64,000 nt of DNA from Sminthopsis crassicaudata (lineage: Eukaryota). Below, piece after piece: positions 24,791 through 37,875 of this stretch (position 1 is its first letter; each line of letters begins with the position of its first letter). Location: NCBI RefSeq assembly GCF_048593235.1, contig NC_133618.1, positions 605,510,889 to 605,574,888 of the forward strand. Direction: 5' to 3'. The notes below the pieces were generated by a model. It made no database searches. It was not told where the DNA came from and saw only the letters and a list, made by a program, of their open reading frames with translations. The position numbers were made by a program, and so were the translations under genes.

Positions 24791-26157
24791 CTAAGAGTGA
24801 CACACATTTAGGGTTAAGGTTTAAGTTAGGCAGACTCAGTTGCTCTCCCTCTCTCCTCCCCCACTCCCCTCATCCCATTAAAAAAAGTTAACCACGTGTG
24901 GATGCACTCTGTGAATTATCCATTGCAAAATTTTAATCCCTGACCTTTTCACTACTCAGCATGTTTTCTGAGCTGCCTTCCTTCATTGTTTAGTTGGTGT
25001 ATGCTTAGGTATTAGCTAATTTTAATATTTAGCTTAAACAAACTGTAAGGAATGTAATATTGTTATGAAAAAAACACAATATAATAATGCCAAGATCAAA
25101 TATAAATGCCCAGTGTGCCTGCCCTAATTGAGAAGAAGCTGCAAAGTATTTAAATTTTCTGAAATTTCTAGAATTTTTTTCCCCATTATGTAGTATCTAT
25201 ATTATCAAAGAAAGAAAATGCTAAATTATTAGTGTTTTTCCAAGGATTCTCCTTGCTCTAGTGTCTTTGATAATTTCCCCATAATTTAGCCACTGTGAAA
25301 TTTTTCATAGTGTTTTTCAATAAATTTTTCTGAGTCTGACTCTAGTAAATTCCTTGGAAGCAAAAAAATTTCACATAAGAATAAAGTAATTTTGCAATAT
25401 TATTTGAAATTGCAATATTTAAAATTGCAATATTTTAAAATATCAACAATGCACTGGGCAGCTATAAACTATATGTAGTCACATTTCATTTATCTATAAA
25501 TGAATGTAGCTCTGTGACCCTTCTCCCTCCAGATCTTCTACAGTAAAGTTATGCCTTGGACATTATGAGGTAGAGACAAATTTAGAGGGCAGTACCAGGT
25601 TAGAAAAGTGAGTGTGTATGTCTGGGCGTGAGTTATCTTTTTGATTCTGTTCCAAAACCAAGTATAAGTGATTTTTAGATTGTTCTGTCTTTTACCTGCT
25701 CTTAAATGAGAATTGACGACTATTGCATGATTTTTAACTTAATTTAATATGAACCATTTTGTTTTCTTTTGCATCAGTTTCCTTGTTTTCTCTTTTGGTA
25801 GGGATCATATCCGTTTTCTATGTTGAAGAAAAGTCAATTTTGACCTTTTTTTTTTTTTCTAATTTTTGTGAGGCCAAATTGGATATATTAGACTTCTTCT
25901 AATTAAGTTTCCTTATATCCAGATATCTACTATATCAAATATGAATATAATTTAACATTATTTTAAAGATGTTGAATAGCTGTATCTGAAACAACTATAC
26001 ATTTCAGAATTTTTGTTTTGTGTCTACATGTAATTAGGAAACATTTGCTACCATGATTGTTTGTGACTAATAGTTTTTTAATATTTACCCATATTATTAT
26101 TATTAATCTCATTCATTATTATTAAAAATTGTATGCTTTTAAGAATATTCTGAATTA

Positions 26158-26517
26158 CAACAACAATATTCTATGAAGATATATTCTGATGGAAGTGGAT
26201 ATCTTCAACATAAAGAAGATCCAACTCACTTCCAGTTGATCAATGATGGACAAAAACAACTACACCCAGAGAAGGAACATTGGGAAGTGAATGTAAACTG
26301 TTAGCACTACTGTCTATCTACCCAGGTTACTTATACCTTCGGAATCCAACAAGAAAATTGGATTTACACACATATATTGTATCTAGGTTATACTGTAACA
26401 TATGTAAAATGTATGGGATTGCCTGTCATCTAGGGGAGGGAGTAGAGGGAGGGAGGGGAAAATTTGGAAAAATGAATACAAGGAATAATGTTTTAAAAAA
26501 ATTACTCATGCAAAAAA
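26158..26517 (+). mobile_element. 5'-truncated L1 (3' end) with a perfect 14-bp TSD
   Basis: Marsupial L1 3' UTR; TSD aatattctgaatta at 26144-26157 and 26518-26531. Confidence 0.9.
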
Positions 26518-27133
26518 AATATTCTGAATTATCTCAATTGCATTCATGGTGACATAGTTCTAGAAACCATTCTTTGGGCATATGAAATATGCATGTATTT
26601 GGTGAAATTTTGAGAGTGATGTACTTAAAAACAGAACTGATTTCAGTGACACCTGACTGCCATTTGTATTTTTTACTAGGGTAACTATTGTAGTTTAAAA
26701 ATGCTCTTGAATCTATTCATGGATAGTGCTTTTCCTAGGATTACTCTGGTAGTATTTTAGAGAATTATTTCCTTTGAACTGGGGTATTTTTCCCCCCAAT
26801 GCAAGGAGGTTTCCAGATGTTTGAGAGGTTCTAGATGATCCTCTTGGAAAGAGGGTTATAATTGGGAAGAAAGGGTCATAATTTTTACATAAAAGCAAGG
26901 ATTGTTTTGGATTACTAGACCTACTCTCAACTGGAAGGAAGGAAAGCAGTGTTCATTAAGCACCTATTATATTCCAGGCTAAGTACTATCTTACTTTACA
27001 AATATTATCTCATTTGATCCTCACAAAAACTCCTGAAAGTAGATGTTGAGCAGAGCTCAAGAATTCCAACCTATCATAGAGCTCAAAATAAGAAGAATGA
27101 ATTTAAGGGTCTAAGCCTAAAAAGTTTCATCTA

Positions 27134-27290
27134 GGGGCAGCTAGATGGTGCAGTAGATAGACCACTGGCCCTGAAGTCAGAAGGACTTGAGTTCAAATAT
27201 GACCTCAGACTTCTAATAATTCCTAGCTGTGTGACCCTGGGCAAGTCACTCAACTCCAATTGCCTAATCAGGGTGAAAAAAAAGAAAAGA
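27134..27290 (+). mobile_element. WSINE1-type SINE
   Basis: ggggcagctagatggtgcagtagatagaccactggccctgaagtcag... plus an A tail. Confidence 0.8.
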
Positions 27291-30200
27291 AATCTATCTG
27301 GAGAGAGAGGGAAAGGTCCCAGGAATTGTAGAAAAAATTCACCCGTATAAATTGTAATTTTCCTGGGTTCCTTTTTCTTGTTTGAATTTTAATTCCAGTG
27401 TGTAGTCTTTTTTGTATCTTTGTAGTCTTTGTATGTTGTATATGTTGTCATTTGTTTCTGTGACAATTTTCTAGAGAAACACATTTATTCTGAGAATGTA
27501 AACCAGTTTATAAATTCTTTGAAGTTATGTCTTACTCTTTTATACACGCTTTTTCACCTAGTATAACCATAGGCAGTTTGTGGCCCAATGAACAGAGTAC
27601 TGGGAGACCTATGTTCAAATACTGTCTCAGATACTTATTAACCATGTAGTCCTGGGTAAGGTTTCCTGCTTCAATTGTAAAATGAAGATAATAGTAGCAC
27701 CTATCTTGAAGGATTGATGTAAGGATCAAATGAAGTAATGTCTGTAAAACAAAATAAAACCATTTAGCACACTGCCTGGAATATAGAAGGCACTATGTAA
27801 ATTGTTATTTCCTTCCCTCACTCCTTTGTCACATATTAGAAACTTATTGAGTTTTTGGTTGATAAGTAGTAATCCAGAACATTTCTTACCTACTTATGTA
27901 AGTGAAGGTGATTTCTCTCAGTTTTTGTCCTATGAGAGTATTTTTTGAAATAACCACAAATGTATTCGTAGGCCTCAAATGATACCTATTTGATTTGAAG
28001 TAGACCAGGTGATGGTTACTCTACGTGGCCTAGTGCCTGCCCTAAAGTCAGTAAGACTCATCTTCCTGAGTTCAAATTTGGCTCACACCAGTTGTGAGCC
28101 TGAGTTTTCTCATATATAAAATGAACTGGAGAAGTAAAGGCAAACCATTACAATATCTTGCTTAAAAAAACCCAAGTGGGGTCATGAAGAGTCAGACAAA
28201 ACTAAAAAGACCTGAACAACAACAGACTAGATGATATTAGCATAATAGAATTCATAACCAGTGAGAAGCTGTCTCATTAAGTGGCTTGCCTAAGGTCAAC
28301 ATTGGTGGGTTCAAATTTAATTATTGAGTTTTCTCCTTCTCTGCCTCTGTCTTCCTCTTTCCCACCTTCTTCCTTCCCTCCCCCCTCTTTTTTCTCTCTC
28401 TCCGTCTCTCTCCCTTTTCTCCCAAAAAATCTGTCATTGAAAGGAAGGTGAGAAGTGAGAGAGTAGTTAGAAGGATTAATTGAAGATTGTTATTTAAAGT
28501 TTGGAGAAAGGTACCCCGCTTGATTTGATGCCTAGGAATAAGAATCAGTTGAGTCATTAGATCAATAAGCATTTATTAAGCACTAACTAGATGTCAGATT
28601 CTGAGCTAACTGCTGGAGGAAAAGAAAGAGGCAAAAGATAGTACCTACCCTCAAGGAGCTCCTACTACTCTAAAGGTGGGGACTAGAAGCAGACAAATAT
28701 GTACAGAGACTACATTTAGGAAAAATAGAAGATAAAGGAAGAAAGGCACTAAAATTAAGAGGGTTTGGGTAAAGCTTCTTATAGAAGATAGGATTGTAGT
28801 TGAACTTTCAAAGAAACCAAAAGGTGAAGATAAGAAAGAAAAACATTCCAGGGAATTGGGTCAACTAGGAAAATTATCTAGAGCTAAAAAATGGAGTTTC
28901 TTGTGGGACAGTCATGGGACTGAAGAGCATATATGGCAGGAAATAAGTTGTAAGGTATGTATGATGGGACTCAGTTATGAAAGGCTTTGAACACCAGACA
29001 GGATTTGATACTTGGAATAATAGAGTATCTATCACTGGCATTTATTAAATAGACGGAATGATGTAGTTAGTTGCACCTGGGTTTTAGGAAAATCACTTTG
29101 GTAGCTGAATAAAAAATGGCAGCCCCACCAGAAGGCTGTTGCAGTAGTCCGGGCATAGGGGGTGAGAAACCTGTTCTAGGTTGGTGACAGTTATCAGAGA
29201 AGATGGCACATTCAACAGATAGGATATTGGAAAGTTAGGAGTTGAGAATGACTAGATTTCAAGCCTGGAAAACTAGGAGGATGGTCCTGCTTTCTATAGC
29301 AAGAGTTATTTATTGGAGAGGAAAGAACAATGAGTTCAGTTTTGGATATGTAAAGGATGGATAAAAGATCTTAAAATGAGAAAATAACTGAAGGACTAAG
29401 GAGGTATAGGGATTTGCTAGAGATGTTAAAATAATGAAATTTTATTAATATTTTCCCGTACTTCTCCATATATTATGAGCATTATTATCTATTTTCATGG
29501 GTTATATTAAATATCAAAGTATCTCTTTAAATAGCTTTTTATGAACTGGGCTATCATGTTAGTATGTGCAAGAATGACATCAGGGTTTTGAGAAATAGGA
29601 AGCATTGAATAAAATTGTACAAATACCATTTACTATTTTAAGTCCTTTTTTTCTTTTCATCTTTAGTTTCTTTTATGAACCAAATGCTCTCAGCTTGTAT
29701 TCATACTGCTTAATCTTTCCCTTTCTTCTAGCTCTGGAGAAAAGTGTGATGTAGTGTAGGAGTGCTGAATATATGTTCAATTTCTTCCATCAGTGTGATT
29801 TTGGCAGAATACTTAGCTGTTTTCATTTTTCAGTTTCTTCATTTATAAATTAAGGATAATACTTTTCACTTTTCAAAGTTGTAGTTAGGGTCATAGGATT
29901 ATAGATGAAGGGTCATGGTATCATAAGATCATAGATTTAGAGCTGGAAGGAGCCTTAGAGAACATGAAGTTTTATTTAAAGCATTAATTTAACATTTAAT
30001 ATACCATACTTTGCCTCAAAACATGAAAGAACTTTAGGAGGTGATCTGTGTAGTCTTGTTTCCTTTAAAAAGAAAAGAAGATTAATAAGAAGCAGCAGTA
30101 GCTATTTTAAAGATCAGAATTTATGCCTTTTTCTATTGATAAATTTTCATATATCAAGTAGAGATATTCAAGATCACTTTACTGTTTATTCTACTTAAGC

Positions 30201-30916
30201 ATAGCTACTACATCTTCTAAATAGTTAAAGGCAGCCCTCAAAAGACTTTAGTTGTGAAAATTTGGAAGACATGTCATTTGAATTTGATTTTATTCCTTTT
30301 CTTTATTACACATCTTTTCTTCTGCCCTCCAAACAAACAATATCTAGAGCAGCTTGGAGGATTGTATATAATTGGAGGAGAAAAGCAATCACACTCCTTT
30401 TTCTAGATGCTGGTGGTGGGTGTGTTTAAGGGCTTTTTGGCAGAACTGTTTCCTTTTTTCCTGTTCTGCTTTTTCTCTAACTCATGATCCTGGTACAAAA
30501 ACTGATGGATGGAAGGAGTAAAGGACAGGAGAAGTTAAGTGCAGGTGTTTTAAGTAGTCGAATTAGGCTTTGAAATATGAAGCATTGAAAAAAACATGTA
30601 CTTCTGCATTCAATCTTACTGTCAGGTATTTTATTCCATATTTACATTATGATGCAGACTTTCCATTAAAAGCAAAGCCTCAATAAGAGACTGAAAATTA
30701 GAGATGCTAAATTATTTAGGTTGACGAAAAGAAAAATCGAGAGTACCCTTGAATGTTTTAATTTAATCAAAAAATTTTTTAAATTTATTTTTGATGTATT
30801 CTTTTCACTATCTTGTACTATAATAGTCAATTTTTTTTGAGAGTAAACATATTGTGATATCTTATGTTGCTGACCTCACTAAAATTATCTACTTATATGT
30901 ATTTAAACATAATGCC

Positions 30917-30966
30917 TATCTAAAGATGGCTTTTTTTTTTTTTTTTTTTTTGTATCTAAAGATGGC
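30917..30966 (-). mobile_element. Solo poly(A) insertion with a 14-bp TSD
   Basis: tatctaaagatggc-T21-g-tatctaaagatggc. Confidence 0.7.
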
Positions 30967-32399
30967 ATTGTTTTTATTGGTGTATTTTCAGGGACCAGCT
31001 ATTTGTAAATTTTACCTTTTTTGTATTCTATTTCCTTATGGATCCTTCTTTTTTCTTAGAAACCCTTTATTGCTCAAAAAGAAGCACACTTGACTATGCC
31101 TTGTATTTAGTAATAACTGATCAAATTTATTAAATAAGTGTATGTTATGTCTGCTGTTTAATATTTTTAACTTTGCAAAAGAAACAAACAAAAAAAAACA
31201 ACAAAATTGACTTTTGGCTAAGGCTCGAATTTGAGGCCTTTCTTCCCTTTTTTCTTGTGAAGTATTTGAAGGCCAGATTCAAATATTCATTAAATCTTAT
31301 CTGCCACTTGCCTTTATGTATTTACCCAGTAATGCTTAACAAGCACTCCTTGCCCATACAACTTACTTTATTCAACAGTCTATTAAGTAATATATTGTGT
31401 GTAAATCACTGTGTCTAGTGGCTAGAAGACAGGAAGACAAAATAAAATAAGGTGCTGCCTTCTTGCAGTTTACTGTCAGAGGTGGGAAATGGGTTAGGAC
31501 ATTTAAACATACAAATTTACAAATACAATTAGAAATATATACTGTGTTTGTATATACAGTTAGAAATATATACTATATTTGCATAATATAGTTATATAAT
31601 AACCATACAATAAAAACATACTAAAATGCAGTCAAACATAATGTCATAGAAGAAGTACAGAATACTTTGAAAGGTCATGGGAAGGAAAGATAGTTTTCAT
31701 CTGGGGATTGGAAGATTTGTGAAAGAAATAACATTTGAACTGGGCCTTGGAGTGGGGTAGAATTTCAAGAGTCAGGGTTAAGGAGGAGGGTATTCCAGTA
31801 AATAGTTATTGAGTTAGGAAAATACTGTGTACAAGGCATATGGAACACAGTCTAATTTGATTAGATTCTCAATATAGCATCTTTTTATCCTAGTAGTGTG
31901 AAAGTAGAGATGTACTAGATTGGGAAGGGCTTTGAATATTGGAGCAAAGATTTTATTTGGCGGGGGAAAAAAGACTTTGGATGATTCTGAGCACAGGAAA
32001 TATTAGAATTATGTATAAAGGAAGATTAATTGGACATTAGTGGATTCCTACCCTAGAAATTGGAGGCAGGAGTATAGAGCTTGGAAGACAAGTTTGACCT
32101 GGGATTATATCTGCATAGGAGGTGATGGTTGAAGCCATAGTTGTAGGTGTAATTTTTGAAACAGATAACAGCTGAAAAATTAAAGCCAAAAACAAACTTG
32201 AAGAATACTATTTTGAGGATACCATCATCTTCTTAGTCACCTAGGATTGTAATATATATGTCCTTCTCAATTCCTTACTCTGTTTTAACCCACTATATCC
32301 AATTTGTATATCCTATCACTTCTATCTTCATGATATCTTATATCTACTTCCTCTTCCTCCTCAGATACTGTCATCCCTTTCTTTTTTTTCCCTTTTTTC

Positions 32400-33197
32400 C
32401 CCTAATTTTATAATTATAAAAAAATTTTTGACAGTACATATGCATGAGTAATTTTTTTTTAAATAACATTATCCCTTGTATTCATTTTTCCAAATTTTCC
32501 CCTCCCTCCCTTTACTCCCTCCCCTAGATGACAGGCAATCCCATACATATTAAATGTGTTAACAGTATAACCTAGATACAATATATGTGTGTAAATCCAA
32601 TTTTCTTGTTACACGTTAAGAATTGGATTCCAAAGGTATAAGTAACCTGGGTAGAAAGACAGTAGTGCTAACAGTTTACATTCAATTCCCAGTGTTCCTT
32701 CTCTGGGTGTAGTTGTTTCTGTCCATCACTGATCAACTGGAAGTGGTTGGATCTTCTTTATGTTGACGATATCCACTTCCATCAGAATACATCCTCATAC
32801 AGTATCATTGTTGAAGTGTATAATGATCCCCTAGTTCTACTCGTTTCACTCAGCATCAATTCATGTAAGTCTCTCCAAGCCTCTCTGTATTCCTCCAGTT
32901 GGTCATTTCTTACAGAACAATAATATTCCATAACATTCATATACCATAATTTACCCAACCATTCTCCAATTGATGGACATCCATTCATTTTCCAGTTTCT
33001 AGCCACTACAAAAAGGGCTGCCACAAACATTTTGGCACATACAGGTCCCTTTCCCTTCTTTAGTATTTCCTTGGGGTATAAGCCCAGTAGTAGCACGGCT
33101 GGGTCAAAGGGTATGCACATTTTGGTAACTTTTTGGGCATAATTCCAGATTGCTCTCCAGAATGGTTGGATTCTTTCACAACTCCACCAATAATGCT
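32400..33197 (-). mobile_element. 5'-truncated L1, ORF2 C-terminus plus 3' UTR
   Basis: ORF 32782-33120 (IPFDPAVLLLGLYPKE...NGCPSIGEWLGKLWYMNVMEYY) is the L1 ORF2 tail; same family as the copies at 26158 and 41770. Confidence 0.92.
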
Positions 33198-36100
33198 CAT
33201 TGATGACTTTTAAAAGAATGATTTATGAAAAGTGCTGACTAAAATCTAACTTTCAAGTGAAGTTGGGGTATTTGGAATAGTAACTTTTTAGGGGTTTTTT
33301 TTTTTTTACATTTTTGTCATTTTGTAATTGTTTTCATGATTCTGCTTATTTCACTTAGCATGATTTTCTTTTGTTCTTCCCGTGCTTTCGGTATTTTTCA
33401 TTTTCATTGTTTCTTAGTATCCTATTACCTATTTGTATCATTTTGTTTTTTCTGAAAACTCCAATTTTGTATCCAGTTCATTGTTAATGTTACTGGAAAA
33501 AAAATTTGCTACAAATAGTTTGGTGCATCTTTCTAACAATTTCTTTGTGGATTTTTTTCTGGGCAAGGAAGGGTATCACTGGTTTGTTAATGTAGTTCCA
33601 TTTTGCTTTCCAGAATGGTTGGACAAATGGAGAGTTGCATATAGACAATGTATAACTTCTTATACCCCTGAAGCATTGACAGTTTCCAATTTTTTTCTTC
33701 TTTGCAAATTTTCTGGGTGTGTATATAAATTGATTTGTCTTAAATTTATTTTATTAGTAATTTGGAGCATTTTTTTCATCTGGTTCTTAATAGTTGGCAC
33801 TTCTTTTGAGAAGTATTCATATCTTTTTAATAGAGAAGTCTCAAGGAGATTAATTTTTGAAAGGCAGGAGAAATGGCACTGTAGTTCAATGAAGTAAAAT
33901 GGCCAAGAGATGGATTTCTGTTTGTTAACTTTAATTCTTGATATCTGAACATATTTGTGAGCAAATAAAAGGAACTAGGCCATTTGGTTGAGTCATTTAA
34001 TCTCTGTTTACCTTTGTTTCCCCAACTTCAGATTGTGGATAATGGTAGCACAAACTGTCAGGGTTATTATAAAGATCAAATGAGATAAAAATCTGTTAAA
34101 GTAATACGCCTAGCATATAGGTACTATATATATATGTTATCATTATTATTATCATCACTAGAGAGGAGGATGAAACTTGAGAGATGCAATCAAGTTGTAT
34201 TTGAGGAAGCATCAACGTATTTATTGAAGTAATAGATTCATAAAATAGGAAAAATTCGAGTTATTTGTTTTAAATACATTTTATGTGGTTGGATACATTT
34301 ATGTGGTAGTATTAGAAATCACTGTTTCTAAAACTACTTTTTTTGGTGTAGAAACCAAGTTTCAGCCACTTTCTTATATCTTTCCCTTGTCTTCATTGAG
34401 TTAGAGAATTTTGAGTGCAGGGCTCTGTCTTGGTCCCCTTTTACTCTGTACGTTTTTATTTTTTGAGTTTATCAGCTTCTGCATATCCCTATGCAGATGA
34501 CTTCCAGATATACTTATTCAGTCCTCACTCCTCTCCTGAGATGTTCTTCAATCTTCAGTTGCTTTTTAATCTCAAACTTTGTGTTCAAAACAAATCTTTT
34601 AACTCTGTTTCTGTCAAAAACATAATCACTCTTCTCACTTGGGTTTGTAACCACTTAGGAGTCATCCTCAAATCTTTTAATCTTTCTTACCTGTCATAAG
34701 TAATCAGTTATCAAGTCTTATTAATTCTACCTCTGAAACTACTGCTCTCTTCTTTGTGCTCTCTTCTTCACTCACACAGCCCCCACCCTAATGTAGTTTC
34801 TCATCATTTGTCTCACCAAAATTATTGCAATAGTCTCCCAATTGGTACCTTATATCTAGCCTTTCAGGGCTAGAGACTTGGCCCTGGAGTCATGAGGACC
34901 TGAGTTCAGATTTGACCTCAGGAACTTGACAGTTCTAGTTGTATGACCCTGGACAAGTCACTTAATCTCAGTTGCCTTGCAAAAACAAACAGTAATTTTA
35001 AAATTTTTTTTTAGTTTTTTCCCTTGTAGTATATCTTCTACGTTGCTGCCAAATTGATAGTTTTAAAACATAGGTCTGACAATATTGTTACTCCCCTACT
35101 CACTGAGTCCCTTTATTAGATGTAAGATAAAATACGAACTCTTTTGATTGTTTTTCAATTGGCATTTAAATGCCAAATCTGGCTTTAACCTGCCTTTCTG
35201 TGCTCATTATTCATCATTCTTGTTCACTAAATTTCTAGCCATACTGATCTTACTGGTCTCTGAACATCCATCTTCATGTCTTGATAAAGATTATCCTCCA
35301 TGCCTCACTTCACCCTCTTGGACCCTTTAGCTCCCTTTAAGGTTTAGCTTAAGTACCACCTAAATAAAAGGCCTTTCCTAATTGCTTTTCAGCAATAGCC
35401 TAACAGTTGGTCTGCCTACCACAAGTGTCTCCCCACTTTAGTTCATCTTCATTCAGGTGGATTTTCCTAGAGCGTAGTCCAGTGATATCCCCTGTTCTCA
35501 TTATCAGTAAATGCCAGTAGTTCCTTATCACCTCCAAGATCGAAGTCTTTGACATTCAAAGCCCTTCATAACCAAGCCCTCCTCTATCTTTCCATTCTTT
35601 TTATACCTTCCCACACCTGCCCCTCCTCACATACTTTTCAATTCAGTAACATTGACTACCCTGGCTATTCCTTACACCAGACACTATTTGCCTTCCCTAT
35701 TACATTGTGAGCTCTGAGGACGGACTTTGTACTCAGAGTTTAGCACAATTTGTAGCACATAATATAAGGTCCTTGATAATAAATGCTTGTTGACTATTTA
35801 AACCCCATGTGCTTAGTGTCCCAGTTTTCTCCTCTCTCTCCATTACTTTATATTTATTCTCTATTTATTTGTGGTTCCTCTCTGATATTCCTTTACCACC
35901 TCTTCAATGTCAGATCCTTGAGTTATATTCCTTTTTGTCTTTGTATCCTAAGTGCTTTGCACAAAGTAAATGATGGCTAAATACTTGTTGAATTAAATTT
36001 CCAATTTGAGTTTGAAAAAAAAGGCCCTAAAATGGCAAAGTTGTGCTAAGGAATAGAAGTAAATATATTTACTCTCCTAATTTTCTCATGTGATTTTGAT

Positions 36101-36799
36101 TTTAATTTTCTTTTCCCACCATATAGACTTTTCTCTAAAACTCAAAGGGTAATGATATAGCATTTCTGAAAATTAAATTAATTTCAGTTCTCTTTCATAG
36201 ATAATATAGAGAATATTTTTTTGGGGGGAGGGTCACATCAAAAAGCATTTATTAAGCACCAACTATGTGCCAGGCATTTTGCTTAGGACTGGGATACAAA
36301 GAAATTGAAAAACAAAAATAAAACAAACAATCCCTGCACTCAAGAAGCTCACAATCTAATGAGAAACAAAGTACAAATAACCTTGTACAAAAAAAGATAT
36401 ATGCAAGATAAACTGAAGATAATCACAAAGTCACTACACTTGCATTGGAAAACATTTCCTAAAAATAGGATTTTAGTTGGGACTTGAAAGAAGGCAGAAA
36501 AGTTAGAAGGCACAGAAGAGATGAAAGAGAATTCCAGGCATGTGGGCTAACCAGTGAAAAATGAATTGAGTTATGAGATATGGAGTGTTTTTGTTGTGTA
36601 ACAGCAAGGAGGTCAGCATCCTTGGCTTGCAAAATATGGTGGGAAATGGGGGTGAGGATAGAAGGCATAAGAAGACTAGAAATAGAAAAATAGGAAGGAG
36701 TCAGGTTATGATAGGCTTTTAAAAAGCCAAATGAAAGATTTTTGTGTTTGATCCAAGAGGTGATAAGGAGCCACTGGAGTTTATTAAATAGGAGAAGAA

Positions 36800-36939
36800 G
36801 GGGCAGCTAGGTGGTGCAGTGGATAGAGTACCAGCCTTGAATTCAGGAGGACCCGAGTTCAAATCTAGTCTCAGACACTTAACACTTCCTAGCTGTGTGA
36901 CCCTGGGCAAGTCACTTAACCCCAGTCTCAGAGGGGGAA
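36800..36939 (+). mobile_element. WSINE1-type SINE with TSD, inserted into an L2
   Basis: Close to consensus; TSD aaataggagaagaa (36786-36799) / aaataggagaggaa (36940-36953). Confidence 0.88.
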
Positions 36940-37191
36940 AAATAGGAGAGGAACCTGGTCAGGCTTGATTATTACTTTGTCAGCTAAGGGGAGGGAAGAC
37001 TAGAATGGAGAGAGAAATAAGGCAGCAAACTGTTGTAAGTAGTCCAGATTTGAGAAGATAGAAGTCTTGATCTACAGTGGTAACTGCTAGAGTAGAGAAA
37101 GGGATATATACAAGATGTTATGAAGGGGAAAAGAGGTATCACAAAATCAGATGACAAAGAATGTTGTAACAAAAACCCTGGGAGTCATCTC

Positions 37192-37323
37192 NNNNNNNNN
37201 NNNNNNNNNNNNNNNNNNNNNNNNNNNNNNNNNNNNNNNNNNNNNNNNNNNNNNNNNNNNNNNNNNNNNNNNNNNNNNNNNNNNNNNNNNNNNNNNNNNN
37301 NNNNNNNNNNNNNNNNNNNNNNN
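37192..37323. other. Assembly gap (132 N)
   Basis: Run of n. Confidence 1.
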
Positions 37324-37336
37324 TTGGAACTGTCCT

Positions 37337-37764
37337 TCATGTTTTTCTCATTGTTTCTTTGAATCTGAGAATTCTACTTTTCCAATCATTCGGGGTTAGG
37401 ACTTCATAAGACAAACCATCTAGTAATATTTTAACATAAGCTGATGTAGCCCCATAAAGGGTACAACCTTTTTTCAAATCCTTAATTTTATTCAAATCTA
37501 AAGGTGCATATCTTCTCCTTTTTTGACCTACAGAGTCAATCACTTCAATCACAGGATATGCATGTATAAAGTCACTTATATCCTGTCCTTCTCTTTTAGC
37601 TTTAACCAATGCTTTTTCTAATCTTGTCGTAGGCTTAGGCTGCTTCACAGGCAATTCTATTTGTGTTTCTGCCTCTTCCCCTCCTCCTTCTTCCTCCACC
37701 TCTGACGGTGGGGCTGTCAATAATCTGCTCTCTAGGCAGGGTTGAAGCTTCTTCAAGAGAATCA
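37337..37764 (-). mobile_element. gag: Betaretrovirus-like gag fragment (late-domain region and capsid N-terminus), matrix deleted
   Basis: LTAPP (PTAP-like), TRLEKALVKAKREG...AYPV and LNKIKDLKKGCTLYGATSAYVKILLDGLSYEVLTPNDWK resemble beta/ERV2 capsid (cf. HERV-K LKDMKEGVKQYGPNSPYMRTLLDSI..LIPYDW). Homology is lost after DWKS. Confidence 0.85.
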
Positions 37765-37782
37765 TGCCCTGTTCAGGCGCCA
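37765..37782 (-). other. Second primer-binding site, for tRNA-Lys3
   Basis: TGGCGCCTGAACAGGGCA vs TGGCGCCCGAACAGGGAC (15/18), also preceded by CA plus 3 nt. Confidence 0.75.
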
Positions 37783-37854
37783 AATTGCAAAGGTCTGGGC
37801 TAGCTCCTCTGAAGGGCTCAGAATATGTCCTTGTCAGGATAAGGAAAAGTCCTT

Positions 37855-37872
37855 GCCCCACATTGGGCGCCA
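37855..37872 (-). other. Primer-binding site for tRNA-Lys1,2
   Basis: TGGCGCCCAATGTGGGGC vs TGGCGCCCAACGTGGGGC (17/18; the mismatch is CpG decay), 3 nt after the LTR-terminal CA. Confidence 0.85.
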
Positions 37873-37875
37873 ATT

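Noticed and set aside
33433-33897. 154-aa hydrophobic + strand ORF
   Set aside because: Antisense reading of old L1 sequence; Phe/Leu-rich by base composition.
36800-36939. tRNA gene-like A/B boxes in SINEs
   Set aside because: These are tRNA-derived SINE heads with CORE tails and TSDs, not tRNA genes.
37774-37873. N-terminus MAPNVGQG...LAPEQG of the 178-aa ORF as a real Gag start
   Set aside because: It is a translation of the two PBSs and the spacer starting at TTG, not a myristoylated MG matrix start.
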